64,000 nucleotides of DNA from the human T2T-CHM13v2.0 reference genome, Homo sapiens. Below the pieces are notes generated by a model that saw nothing but the letters and a program-made list of their open reading frames with translations, was not told the origin of the DNA and did not search any database. The translations under genes and the position numbers were made by a program. Shown one piece after another: positions 40,969-58,417 of this stretch. The stretch lies in assembly GCF_009914755.1 (NCBI RefSeq), contig NC_060941.1. The stretch is one strand, 5' to 3'. How positions within the stretch are numbered: position 1 is the stretch's first letter; each line of letters starts with the position of its first letter.

Positions 40969-41537
40969 GGTACAGCCTGCCAGGAGCTCAGTGTGCAATG
41001 GTGACATCCAGCCTGTGAGGCCACCTGGTGCGGCTTGGGAACCCGCAGAAGCCTGCACTGAAGCCCAGCAAACCCCTCATCCTAGCTAACTGCAGCAAGG
41101 ACTGGCGTCCGGAGAAGGGCGAGGCCGCTTGTATCATGGAGTGTCAGCTTGCTGGAAGCCGAATGAATTCCGCGATGATATGTGCAGAAAAGAGATCCAG
41201 GGCTTTTTCGATTGTGCATCAAGGGCTTAGGAAGCCTAAAAAATGAGATCAATACAGGAGACCCTGGGAGAGTCTGGGAGTTTACCTCCCAATAAATAGA
41301 GTAAGTTGTCATAGAGGTTTCCTAAGACACCTCACCTAAGCTTAAAATGGAAAAGCATTTTCAGTGATTTCTGGACTATAGCTTCTGACAATTATGCAGA
41401 GGCATTTTATAGATGTTTGCATTGCTGTGACCTCTTTGAAGGATAAGATGAGGAAAAACACTTTTTCTAACCTTTGGAATCAATAGTATGGGTAGAAGTT
41501 ATGTTTTATCTTGAAATAAAATCCTCTGAAGAGAAAA
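40969..41537 (+). pseudogene. CHCHD1: Processed pseudogene of CHCHD1 (mitoribosomal mS37)
   Basis: ATG at 40998: [30 protein letters not shown]...[10 protein letters not shown], frameshift, then [44 protein letters not shown], matching CHCHD1; intronless; AATAAA at 41515-41520; 16-bp TSD AAATAATTAAAAAATT (40953-40968, 41538-41553). The symbol is that of the parent gene. Confidence 0.95.
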
Positions 41538-41870
41538 AAATAATTAAAAAATTAATTATACTTGTTTTATATTTATAGGAGAGATCTTATTGTTGGTGAT
41601 CTTTGATAGTATCTATAGCCCAGGACAAATTTCCAGAGCCCTTCCATTTCTTTCCTTATTCTGTTTCCATTGAAATAGAAAGCCGAAACCAGAATTAGAG
41701 GTCATCAGGAATGATGATGAGTGTTTTTGCTCTAACTGATCAATCTGGATATGCATTCATATTAAATATGGATGTAGAGATTCTAGTGAAATTTTTTTAC
41801 TGAAGGCCACTTTCAGCATTCTTTCAGCTGCTGAGTTAACAAGCATATCAAACTAAAAAACAGAAAGGTT

Positions 41871-42533
<663 letters not shown>

Positions 42534-43058
42534 TAGATTCCTAATCCACTCTTTGATTGCATTTGATTCTGGAAAATGTTTCTTTATATCATTTTGCAGC
42601 ATTTCAGTGTAGTTTTTAAATATGCCAATCATGTATCAAAAAATATATTTCTTTAATTTGTGAAGAAAACTGTCAACTCTCGGGGAAGTCAAACTCGTGG
42701 AGATTTAGCTGCCTACATTGCAGTTTGGTCATATCATCAAGGTATCATAACAGCATTAAAAAATCATGGTATTTTGGTTAAGATTCAGGCTGTTCCAGAT
42801 AATGATTACTGAAATATACTACTTGAGTGAATCACCTGAGATCACAGAAATGGTCTTTATCAGCCTTATCAAAGTCATGAAGAAACAGTTTTTTCCTCAT
42901 TTTAAATATTCTTCATTTTAAATATCCTTGCGAGCACCTTTCTCCTTAGTATCACATGTATTTCAGTATGGAAAAGCAGACCCTGGGACTCACTGTCCAT
43001 ACTGCATGTTGAAAAGCCTGATTGTCCATGACTGTAGTGCGACTTAAAATGTTTATCC

Positions 43059-43378
43059 AGCTGGGTACAGTGGCTCATGCTTGTAATCCCAGCACTTTGG
43101 GAGGCCAAGGAAGGAGGATCACTTGAGTCCAGGAGTTTGAGGGAGGATCACTTGAGCCCAGGGTTTGAGACCAGTCTGGGCAACATGGTGAGACCCCCAT
43201 CTCTATAAAAAATTTAAAAATTAGCTGGGCATGGTGGTGCGTGCCTGTAGTCCCAGCTACTCAGGAAGTTTAGGTGGGAGGATCGCTGGGGCCTGGGTGA
43301 TTGAGGCTACAGTGAGCTGTGATCATGCCACCGTACTCCAGCCTGGGCAACAAAGTGAGACCGTGTATTTAAAAAAAA
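43059..43378 (+). mobile_element. AluJ with an internal duplication of about 28 bp
   Basis: ggaggatcacttgag occurs twice at about 43113 and 43142. Confidence 0.85.
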
Positions 43379-43423
43379 GTTTATTCATTTTTTAGCATTG
43401 AATGAAGATTAGATTATTTAGAT

Positions 43424-44211
<788 letters not shown>

Positions 44212-44409
44212 ATTTAGATCATCAACTCTGCTCTGAGGAAAACAGCAGTGTTGTAGACTGGCATGAAGTGCAACTTCTACTCTATGTAGCAACCCCTTTT
44301 CTTTCTGGTCCTCCTTCACTTTAGATCCCTGAGACCCTTTTCCACATTGTACCTTGGTCGTTGTATATGAACATCAAACATGAAAGGTGCTAGTGAGATC
44401 CCATCTCTA

Positions 44410-44635
<226 letters not shown>

Positions 44636-45704
44636 TCATTCGGCAGCAAGTTGAAATTATCTACTGGTTTGTACATGAGCTAGCACTTCCTCTTCCACAT
44701 GGCATGCCATTGATGTTCCTTGATGTTTAGTGTTATTTGATAGAGGAATTTGCTAACACCTTGTTCTCTTTTCTCTTTGATGAAAATGTTTATCATTAAC
44801 TTTGGGGCTCTTCTAAAGAATGTTCCATTAGTATGTGTTTGTACCTTTTTTTTTGGCCTCTGAAGAGTGCAGCTTTCAATGACGCCTCTATAGTTGTGGT
44901 CTTTTCCTTTTGGTAATGAAGTGCATCAGTTTTGCACTGAGAAATGTTATTTTGCCCTTGAGGAATAACTTGGTTGGTTTACTAAAGAGACCATCAAACA
45001 TTGAAAGTGACATGGAAAGCTTATGCGGTTTCTACAACTATTTCAGAAGCTTCATAAATGCTAAAGCGTCTGGGCTGGGCTCAGTGGCTCATGTCTGTAA
45101 TCCCAATGCTTTGGGAAGCTGAGGCAGGAGGTTTGTTTGAGGCCAGGAGTTCTAGACCAGCCCGGGTAACACAGTGAGACTCCGACTCTACAAAAAATAA
45201 AAAAATTTAAAAAGAAACCCACAAAAACAAAAAAACAATAGAGGACTCTGACTTTAGGAGCAAATGAATCCAGTGTCTGATAAATTCCAATTTTTTAATT
45301 ATTCACCATTGTGCTTTCTATGTGTACTTCCCTTCTTTAACTGCCTGGGTGGTACATCTCTTGACATATAGGATATGTGTCTTTCTGGCTTGCAGTTTAG
45401 TTCCAGTCAATAGTGAGCCTCCTAATTGTTCAGAGTTGTATTTATGCCACTCACCATGTGACTTTTATACTTCATCAAATCATTTTGCTCTGTCAATCCT
45501 TCTGAACTGATGTGATGGTACAAAATAGAAAAAGATGGAAACTGCTAATTTTAACAGATATAAACATAAACACGTACATAAACACCAGTGCATACATATT
45601 ACGAAAATATATTGTGTAAAAGCAGTAACTTGTAGGACTAAGATTAACTACTGTGTTAGTAGTGCAAGTATACATTTCAAACTTAATGATTATATAAAGA
45701 ATGA

Positions 45705-46079
<375 letters not shown>

Positions 46080-46685
46080 CATTTGTTTCTTTTGAAATAG
46101 GAATTCCCAGTGTAGCTTTTGTTGAACTTCCATGGGCCTCTACATGTCCTCCATCTGCAGGTTGTATGTGCATTGGGCTGTAGCCATTTGGTGGCAAGGA
46201 CCATGGTAGAGGCCAGTCTGAGAGTGCACCTGGTAGATCCTTAAAGATGCAACCTTTGGGAACCTTGAACCTTTGATTGCTATAAACAAGTAAATCCCCT
46301 AGTTGATCATCACTCAGGAATCTTGGCTAAGCAAGGCCTATGAGGAAATTGATTTCTTGACAGATACATTTGGAAGGTCTTTAAGTTATTCTCCTTACCA
46401 ATCACATAAATTTTTTAATGTTTTCTATAACTTACTGACTTCAGTCCCATTTTTCTTTCATTTATTCAACAAATATGTATTAAGGGCTTGCTGTGTGCTA
46501 GGCACTCTGAAAGACAAGACAGCATTTTTGCCCTCTTGGAACTAATGCTTTGTATATATTATTTTCTCCTGTATCATATCCAGTTTACACTTTGCTACTT
46601 ACTTTTCTATTTTTCCTTTTTCTTACCTATTATGTTTCAGATCCATAAACTATTTTGTCTATGTCTTTATTTCAAATTATTTTGT

Positions 46686-46980
<295 letters not shown>

Positions 46981-47074
46981 TTTTGTTCTCCAGTCTAAAC
47001 ATACCGTAACAGTCGTAGCATTAACCTTTGTGCATTAAAACGCTTAACATTTCCATCCAAAAAATTTCAGGTAT

Positions 47075-47696
<622 letters not shown>

Positions 47697-49803
47697 AGAA
47701 ACGCATTCTTATAAAAAGCCAAATATATAGATATAGAGTAAATATGAAGTCACTCCTTATAATTCCCATCCCAACTGCCTCTCAAGAGCCATGAAAGAGA
47801 CTATTTTCTATATTTTTGCTAATAGTCTTATCTCTTCTTAAAATGTTAGTCTGCAAGATGGGTTTAAAAATACCTCATTGCTTTAGCTCATATTGGTTGC
47901 TATTAGATGGGTTAAGCATCTTTTCTTATGTTTAGCAGTCATTTGGATTTTTGTGAATTGCCTTTTCATATCCTTTGCCTTTTTTCTGTTGGACTGTTTG
48001 TTTCTTCTTGAGTTAATTTTGGTATTCTATGTTTTCCTAGAAAATGATCTGCTTTGCCTAGTTTACAAATCCTTATATGTAATTACGTTCTCTTTCTTGT
48101 TCCTAATTTGGGTACCTTCCTTTTTTCTTTCTTGATTAGATTTGCCAGAGGTTCTATCTTGTTAGTCCTTTCAAAGCATCAGCTTTTCATTTTATTAATC
48201 TTCAAGGTCATTTAAAAAATGTTTTCTGTTTAATTAATTGCCGTTTTTATCTTTATTCATTCTTCATCCTGCTTTCTGTGGACTCAGAGAAGACCCGTTC
48301 ATGTAGAGGAAGGTGGGAACAAAGGTTCAAAGATAGTTGTCGAGGGTCAGGAAAACAATTGTTGGCATCATTCTCCTTCACCTCCTCACTCCCAACTGCC
48401 ATCACAAACACAGGCAGTTCAGAATCCATCAAGAAATGAGTCAGGAATCAGGCAGACTGAATCAGACTATCAGCTTTGTTAATAAGGCTGAAGTAGAGAG
48501 TAGTGCTTGACCTAAGATCACAGTCAGGCTATGACTTCCCTCTGAGTTAAACTTAGCCAACAGAATAAGGCATTTAGAATAAACGCTTTGAGAGGTTTGA
48601 AAAGAAGACAGTTGGAAATGAATAAAACAATCACTTAGAGGTGCTGAGGGCCAAATGGCCTCAGGGCAGTTCAGTTTTTCAGTTCTGTTTGGAGACCTAG
48701 ATCAGGAACAAAGAAAAATGAGTTGGCAGTCTCTGGCTGGTGGCTGAGTAAGCAGGGCCAGAGTTGGCAGAAGGAGGTGATCTTGGGGTTTCAGACTAGT
48801 CAGTGAGGCAAGTGAGACCAGCAGGGCATGGAAAAAACCACGAAGAGACAGGAGTCGGGGCTTCAGCTTCTTGTGAGCATGCAAACCCAGCTCGGAGGGA
48901 GTGTGATGCTGGGACAGCCAAAAGAGGAGCAGCTGGGGGCCAGAGAAGGGCATTGCACATCCAGAACCCTGATGGCAGGAGAGTCAGAGAACGGGCACAC
49001 CACCAAGTGTGATGAAACTTGTGGGGGATTGACGATGAGTCATTCTTCAGACTCTCTGGGACTCTTGTTCTTTCCCCAAATTAGTTTAACATCTGCTTTG
49101 GAATCAAAAGGGTAACTGCTTTTCTCTTTCTGGCTAATTAAACAAATGCAAATATATGCATAGCCTTATTGTATCCTCACACAGCCTGGGAGGGAAGCAC
49201 AGTGTGGGTGGCAGGTACATGACGCTAGAAGCAGAGGGTGTTTAGTGCTGGGGTGGGAGGACAGCAGGAGGATCTGTCCCAGCGCCAGACGTCTTCCATC
49301 CCTACGGGACCTCTCAAGGTCATGCTGCATGACCTTCGGCATATGAATTCACCTGGCACCACAGTATTGTTCTTAAAACTGAAAATGTACCAGCGTATTG
49401 TAACTTGTAAGCCCACAAACTTCTTGTTTCTAGCCATGTACTTACAGAAAGCCCTTGCCTTTATGTTTTCACAGGGAGGGCATGATGAACCTTGTCTTAT
49501 AGCTCATGAGAAGGCCAACTTCACTAACCACTCCTTGCCGGGTGTGGTATGTTTCCCTCTGTAATTACTTCTCCCTGTGTACTTTCTTATGGTAAAATGT
49601 CATGCTTCAGAACAAAATTAAAAAGTCATCTAAAGAGATGGTTTGGTTATCATGGAAGTCAAGTTCCTCTTAGTAGAAATGAGCAGTTATAGTCAGACTT
49701 TATAGATACTAGAAAGAAGAGCAATGTATTTCTAAACTACATGCTTGTGTCAAATTTCAGATTTTGTTTAACAATTTGTATATTAATCATGATCTAACCC
49801 ACC

Positions 49804-50720
49804 TGTTTTGGAAGAACCCTCTCAAACTGGGTTTTTCCTCTGCTCTCACACCACAACAACAGTCATCAACACGGAAAAAGACTTCTGTGACCAAATGTAT
49901 GGGGGTTTCTCTATAGAAGTAGTGGACACCAGCTAGGTGTTCTCCAGTTCAACTCTGACGCTGTCTACCTGGAGAGAGCATCAGATCCCACAGGGCAAAA
50001 CTCAGGCCCCAAGGCTGCCTCCTTCTCCAGTCACCAGTCTCAAGTCTGGGCCTCTGGAACTTCTGACCAACTGGCTTCAAGTTGGGGTTCCCATGACTCC
50101 TTCTCTGGGTTCAACTAATTTGCTGGAGCAGCTCACAAAACTCAGGGCAACACTAACTTACATTGATCAGTTTATTATAAAGGATATCGCAAAGGATACA
50201 GATGAAGAGAAGTGTAGGACAAAGGATGGGGAAGGGCATAGAGCTTCCACGCCTTCCCTGGGTGCACTACCCTCCAGAAACTTCCAGGTGTTCAGCTGTC
50301 CAGACGCTCTCTGAACTGTGACCTTTTGGGTTTTTATGGAGGCTTCATTGCATAGGCACCACAACCATGTAGAAATGTGATTGGACAAAAAGTACATGAT
50401 CTAAACCTAGCATGCCTGTCTCTTCAAGACTTTTCTTGGTCTCTCTGTGTAACATTCCTTCCTTTAGGGTATAGTTAGGACTCTCTCTAGTTTGAGGGAC
50501 TCCTGACCCATAATTAGAGAAGGGTCCTGTCTTGGGCACGTGAAAGGACAGGAGAAGTTCAGAGAGAGAGAGAGATTCTGTTTCCTGAGGCCTAAAGTGC
50601 CCTGAAATTATAAGAAGGACTATAGGCATCAGGAGCCAGGAACCGGTTCTAATGCCCATAGTCCTTGTTATAATTTGTTATCTATATCTATATATCTATA
50701 TGTATATCTATATCTGTATC
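49804..50720 (-). mobile_element. MER21-family LTR
   Basis: cttctgtgaccaaatg..., ggttcaactaatttgctggagcagctcacaaaactcagg, agtttattataaaggata; assigned by recall. Confidence 0.75.
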
Positions 50721-51460
50721 TATATCTATCTATCAGTCAATCATAACAACATACCATCAGATAAACAATTTCTATCCATACCCATTTTCTGGTAATAAAA
50801 ACTGGATCTGTTGCTGGCTAGGTGAAACTCGGAAACTCATGAAGCTTTTTACCTTTTTTACAAATGGGAGTGTGCCCTTTCATCCTGAATCATTAGAGTC
50901 TCCTAGGTACCCCTCTCTGAGGACTCTTATTCTAACAGCCTTTGCAAAAATTAGCCAAACATCTGTTTGAAACTCACTCAGAGTCATTTTCATCTTTGCC
51001 TTTCTCCTAGTTATTTTTAGGGTTGATAAATTTGTTTTCCAAGAGCAAACAGAGCATTTTTAAGCTTTGATTTTTGGCTAGCATTTAGGAATTCTTGTTC
51101 TGTGCAGAGCTGGCTGGATGCCCACTTAGAAACTTAGCCTGCACGGAGATTCCTTCAGTGGAAGAGCATTGGTCTGGAGTCATCCATCCGGCTCCTGGAG
51201 CTTGGCTACCCTGATACTTCCCGGTCTCCCTGCAAATGAACACCTCAGCATGCCATTATAGTTGGTCATCTTACTCTGTTTTTACAGAATCCAGGAGGAG
51301 AGTTCCTGCAAAGGATGTCTTGGGCAGGGTTTAATTATTTCTACGAATAAGAAAGCTTTCCTCAGGTGGAATTGTATTTACTTTCTGCAATATAAGCCAT
51401 GAATTTACAAATAGAGTCTGATACTGTCAGGATACATAATTGTTGTTATGCTTAAGTAGA

Positions 51461-52155
<695 letters not shown>

Positions 52156-52419
52156 AACCATTCTTAATATATAGATTTTTTTTTCAGTCTTTTTATATGC
52201 CTAAATGTAAATATGAGCTCCTACTGCATACACTTTACAATTTGTATTTTCCACCAAAATATATTGTCGTCATTGTTCCATATCACTGGATATTTTGTAG
52301 TATCACTTTCTCTATTGAGATGCCATAAATTCACATATATTTACATTTATATAAATGTTTACATATTTATAATATTTTTAACATTTATAGTATATATCAT
52401 ATTTCTATAGAGATAACAT

Positions 52420-55250
52420 GTATTCACTTATATTCACTGCCATAAAATTCATACTTTTAAAAGTGAACAATATGGTGATTTGTTTGTATCTTCACAAAGT
52501 TATACAATAGTTGGCACTGTCAAATTCTAGAACATTACCCCCCCGCCCCGAAAACCCAGGGCAGTTACCACCCTTCCATCGCTCCTTCCCTCATCCTGTG
52601 GCAGCCACTCAAGTACTTTCTGTTTGTGTGAATTCCCCTCTTCTGGACATTGCGTAGAAGTGGAATTATACAATAGATGGTCTTCTGTGTGTGGCTTCTC
52701 TTTTTTTTTTGAGACAGGTTCTTGCTCTGTCACCCAGGCTGGAGTGCAGTGCTGCAATCTCAGCTCACTGCAACCTCTGCCATCCTCCCACCTCAGCCTC
52801 CCAAGTAGCTGGGACCACAGATGTACACCACCACCCCTGGTTTGTATTTTTGGTAGAGACAGGATTTCGCCATGTTGGCCCAGGCTGGTTTCAAACTTCT
52901 GGGCTCAAGTGACCTGCCTGCTTCAGCCTCCCAAAGTGCTGGGATTATAGGCATGAGCTACCGTGCCCAGCCTGTGTGGCTTCTTTTGTTCAACATAAGG
53001 TTTTCAGGGTTCATCCATGTATCGGTACATTATTCCTTTTTACTGATGGATAATATTTCACTGTGTGGATGTACACTTTATATTTATCCATTCAACAGCT
53101 GATGGCCACTGGGTTTTTTCTACTTTATGGCTACTGTGATTAGTGCTATTGTGAACATTTGTCTGCAGGTTCTTGTTTGAACTTCTGTTTTCAATTCTTT
53201 TGGATATATACCAAGGACTGGAGTTACTGGGTCATAATGGTAACTGGGTGTAACTTTTTGAGGGACTCCCCAAACTGTTTTTCACAGTGGCTGTACTTTT
53301 TCACATTTACGTAGGCAATGTATGAGGGTTCCAGTGTCACCACATCCTCACCAGCACTTGTTAATGTCTGTTCTTTTGGCTAGAGCCATCCCAGTCGATG
53401 TGGAGTGGCATCTCCCAGTGGCTTTGGTTTGCATAATGCCTAATGATTGATTTTTCTAATGTGGAGCTTCTTTTCACGTGCTTGTTGGCCACTTGTATTG
53501 TATAGTCTATTTGGAGAAATACCTGTTCAGATCCTTTACCCACTTTTCAGTTGGGTTATTTGTCTTTTTATTATTGAGTTTTCAGAGATCTTTACACATT
53601 CTAGATACTAGACACTTATCATATATAGGATTTGCAAATGATTTCTCCCATTCTGTGGGTTATCTTTTCATTTTCTTTTTTTTAACTTATTTTAGGTTCA
53701 GGGGTACATGTGAAGGTTTATCACATAGGTAAACTCATGTCACAGGGGTTTGTTATACAGATTATTTCATCACCCAGGAAGTAAGCCCAGTACCCAACAG
53801 TTACCTTTTCTGCTCCCTCCTCCAAGCCTCCACCCTCAAGTGTCTGTTGTTTCCTCCTTTGTGTTTATGAGTTCTCATCATTTAGCTCTCGCTAATAAGT
53901 GAGAACATGCAGTATTCGGTTTTCTGTTCCTGCATTAGCTGGAGGCTGAGGATAATGACCTCCAGCTCCATCCATGTCCCTATAAAGGACGTGATCTTGT
54001 TCTTTTTTATGGCTGCATGTCCTTTCATTTTCTTGATAGTATCTTTTGAAGCAAAAGGTTTTTAATTTTTATGAAGTCCACTTTATCTAGTTTGTCTTTG
54101 CTTACTTCTGCTTTTGATGTCATCTCTAAGAAAATACTGTCTAATATAGTCATGAAGTTTTACAGCTATATTTTCTTCCAAGAATTACAAAGTTTTAGCT
54201 CTTGTACTTTGAGGTGATTTTTGTGTATAGTATGAGGTAGGAGTCTAACTTTGTTCTTTTATATGTGGATATCCAGTTATTCCAGCATAATTTGTTGAAA
54301 AGACTGTCTCCCATTGAATTGTCCTAGCATCCTTGTTGAAAATCAACTGCCCATAAATTTATGGGTTCATTTCTGGACTGTCAATTCTATTCCATTGGTC
54401 TATATGACTGTCTTACATGGACATGGGATGTCTGTTTATTTACTTGACTTCTTTAGTTTTTTCAATGACATTTTGTAGTTTTCAGTGTGTAGACTTTCCA
54501 CTTACTCATACATATTGATAAATATTTTATAATTAACATTTATAAATATTTTATAGTTAAACATAAATATTTTATTCTTTTTGATACTACTATAAATGTA
54601 ATTGGTTTCTGAGTATATTTGGATTATTCACTGCAAGTATATAGCAATACAATTGATTTTTGTAAGATCTTGTATTCTGCAGCCTTCCTGAACTCCTTTA
54701 TTAGCCCTAAGAGGTTTTTTTGTTGTAAATTCCTTACGATTTTATACATATAAGAGCATGTCATCTGTGATTAGAGATAGTTTTACTTTCTTACCGATCT
54801 GGATGCATTTTCTTTCTTTTTCTTGCCTAATTGTCCAGACTAAAACCTCTGATATAATGTTGACAAGAAGTGGTGAGAGCAGAGAGACACCCTTGTCTAG
54901 TTTCTGATCTTAGGAGAAAGCTATCAGATTTTCACGTTAAGTACAATGTTAGTTTGTGAGTGTTTTGAACTTGCCCTTTATCAAGTTGAGGAAGTTCCCT
55001 TTTATGTCTAGTTGTTCAGTGTTTATATTATGAAAATCTGTTGGATTTTGTCTACTGCTTTTTCTGCATCTATCGAGATGATCATGTGGTTTTGTCCTTT
55101 ATTCTATTACTAGGGCAAATTATACTGATTGATTTTGACCAACTTTGAATTTCTGGGAGAAATTCCATTTGGTCATGGTATATAATCCTTTATATATGTT
55201 TTTAGGTTTGGTTTGCTAGTATTTTGTTGAGGATTTTTCTATATCTTATC
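52420..55250 (-). mobile_element. L1MB fragment with a nested Alu (52700-52972) and an L1PA13-like 3' end (about 53678-54018)
   Basis: Antisense L1 3'UTR/ORF2 motifs; nested caggggtacatgtgaaggttt...ataggtaaactcatgtc with flanking repeat tttcattttctt. Confidence 0.82.
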
Positions 55251-57959
55251 TATATATTTTATCTATATGACATCTATTATCACTTTTAATGGCTGCATAA
55301 GGCTTAATTATGTGGATATACCATAATCTAACCAATTAGACTTTAAATTATTTCTTTTCTTGCCATTGTTGTTGTTATAATCAAGGATAAGCTCATCACT
55401 CTTGCTCAGATAGCTTTGTATTCATTCATGATTATTTTTGTAGGATACATTCCTACAAATGAAATAATGGAACCAAAGGTTATGCACAGATGTTTGTCTC
55501 ATCTTGTCATTGACATTTTCAAGTTGTTTATAGTGGGGTTTTTTTTTCAGAGGTTTTTAATTTTCAGGTAAGTCACATCTGTTTTTTCTTTATGTATTCT
55601 GCCTTTGCCTATAGGCTCAGAGAGGCCTCTCCTACCTTATTCAGGATAATCTCCTATATTTTCTTTCTTTTTTCTCTTTTAATTTTTCAAGACAAAATTT
55701 CACTACGTTGCCCAGGTTGACGTGTGGTCTTTCTTCTTTTTCAGTTTTTTGAGACAGGGTCTCACTGTGTTGCCCAGGCTGGAGTTCGGTGGCTATTTGC
55801 AAGCACAATCATAGTGCGCTACAGCCTTGATCTCCCGGGCTCAAGCAATCCTCCCTCCTCAGCCTCCCAAGTAGCTGAGACTACAAGCTCACACCAACTA
55901 CTGTGCTCAGCTAAAACAATCCATTCTTTATCCTAGATTAGTCATGCCATCTTTGTCATAATCTGAATTCTTATTTCTGGGCTTTGCCATGATCCAGTGC
56001 TCGTCTTTCTATTCCTGAACCATGCCATTGTAATTTTTTATTTTTCTGATCTATTTTACTATCTGGTAGTACAAGTGGTTTGTGTTTGTGTGTGTTTGTG
56101 TGTGTGTGTGTGTAATTTTCTCCTTTAGAGAAGAATCAAGTTACTTGATAGCTTCTGTAGAGAATAATCAATTATTCTACCAGATGAATTTCAGGACAAT
56201 TTTATAAATAATTTTCTTCATATTTCTAATCTGATTAGAATTTTTATTGGAATTACAACACATTTATAAAATTGTTTGCAGAGAATGAATATCCGTTGGG
56301 AGAGCATGGTATGCTTTTCATCCAGTCTTCTTTTTTGTCATTCAGTAAAGCATGAATTTGGGGGGCGACTGTAACTTTCTTACCAGGTTTATTTATAGAT
56401 GCTATTGTAAGTAGGATTTTTTTTAACGTGATAACTTATTTAGGTATATTATTTTATTATACAGTTTAATACATACTTATTTTAGAAAATTTAGAAGCTA
56501 CAATGTGAATTTAAAAAGTAAATGACACTCAGTCTGAGAGATAAGCACTGTTAACATTTTGTGTGTATCTTTCTATTAATAGATTTACAGTCTAATGAGG
56601 GAAGTAAGACATGATCACATGAAAGGCTTAATAATCTGAGACACTATTGAGTGACTAGCTTGTACTTTTTTTCTGCCTAGCCTTTTTTCTCCTTTTGGAA
56701 ACTGCTTTTCCCATAACTAGTGGAGCTGCCAATCATCCAGGTCCCTCTCCACGGCCAATGGGTTGGACAGTGTATCACCTCAGGCTCTTTTCTGGGAGAG
56801 ACTCTCTAATCTGGAATCTCAAATGCTAAAGACCTCTAGTCTTGCAGTGCTGCTGGGCAAGGTCTTCCTATCCTCAGAGCACCCGTGTTTGAATGATACC
56901 AGCTTAGGAGAGTGAAGCTACGAGGTGATTCAAAACCATTCCTGATGACATCATTGGACCTCATGGTCTAGAGCTGGCTTAAAGCCAGCCTGAATTCATC
57001 CTAGACTTTCCTAAATCAGTAAAGCCAACAAACTCACCATTTTGCTTAAGCAAAATTGAGTTAGGTGTCTGTCATTTGCAGAGTCCCAACCACTACCACC
57101 TCCTGTGTCTGTGCCATGGTGCCACATGGGGAGTCACCCAGATGAGTTAGGACCCTGTATGCCCCTTGCCCCCCAGGAGAGTGGGTGTTCCTCAGTAAGA
57201 GCAGGTTCAGTGCATTGTGCCTGTTGTCTCCTTCAAGGCAAAGCTGGATGGCCATGAGAGGCAGCAGCCTTGGCCAGGTGGGGCATGGGGCTGCCGTGCC
57301 AGGCCAGGCCGGCTCTGAACTCCTTACTGCACTCTGTCCATTAGAATGACAGAGTCTGAGTATGGAGGTTAGAATTATAGTGAACATGGGGGATTCTATG
57401 TCACAGAGGCTCTGCAAACCCATGCCACCTGCTATATAAGAGCTCTCTGCCATGCAAGAGCAGACTGGCTGCCTTCCACACCTATTATCCAGTAAAATAG
57501 CAATTAAAATGCAGCTTGTGGCAATGACTAAGCTTAGCCCAGGCCCGCTGATAGAGTTCTTGGTGCCTGTGGATATAACACATGTTGCTTGTTTACCTTC
57601 ACAACATTTCTTCGGTGTTTTTTTCTGGGCAGTGTATTTGGTCCCTGTTGCAGTAGATCCCATTGTCACTGGGGCTTACTCTAGGCCATCCGTAGTAGCA
57701 GGGAACGTGGACCCCAGGCTTTGTGAGGATGCCCATATCATTTTGGAGCTCCCTGAATTCAAAATTAAGTATGAAAAGATTTATTTAGAATGAAAAAAAA
57801 TTGCAACAAATTATTGGAGCCTAGGAGTTTCCGATGCCTACCTTTGAGATCCCTTTAGTTGGCTCACCAGAAGCCCCTGCTGTGATATGCTTCCTGGTTG
57901 TAGCCCGACTTCCCCTTCCCACCTAGAACTCACAGTGTTCACAGGGTCATGGCAAGGTG

Positions 57960-58417
57960 GTGGGGCGTGGCTGAAGCTTCAGGGTAAATCCATTTGTGAA
58001 GAGCAGACTGAGTTTTTGTTTTTGTTTTTAAATCTGTTTGATATCTCAGGGAGCAGTCAGCAGCTAGCCAGCCTACATCTTGAAACCCTTACATTTTGGA
58101 GAGGTACAAATTAAGCATTGAGGACCAAGTAGGATGGAAATATGATTTTGCACTTTGTGCATGTATGCATGTAAGAAAGAGAAGAGAGAGAGAGATTGTG
58201 AGAGGCAGGAGAGAGACGGGGAGAGGCCATCAGAACTTGGGGAGAGCAGAGCCCGCCTGCTTCCTGAGTGAAGCATTGCTCAAGCGCTCTCTGCCCGGCC
58301 CCCTCCGAGTGTGGTTTTCCTCCCAGGCCAGCACCAAACCCAGAATAGAGTGGCTGACTTGCTGATTGAGGTCGGCAGCTCCCGAGAAGCAGGAGAAGCA
58401 GAGTTTTTGCAGTAAGT
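57960..58417 (+). promoter_or_regulatory. Candidate enhancer/alternative promoter with a first-exon donor
   Basis: Non-repeat, locally CpG-retaining; KLF/SP GGGGCGTGGC 57962-57971, ETS CTTCCTG at about 58260, RUNX TGTGGTT 58310-58316, donor GCA|GTAAGT at 58411/58412. Confidence 0.4.

Noticed and set aside
42657-42925. Coding-looking unique stretch (KKTVNSRGSQTRGDLAAY..., YLSESPEITEMVFISLIKV...)
   Set aside because: Only 51 open codons, no convincing splice sites and no homology I can support; needs BLASTX
57061-57669. Longest ORF in the track (202 aa, minus strand)
   Set aside because: Non-ATG start in the track, no recognisable domain or homology, one end runs into an MLT-like LTR remnant; likely chance
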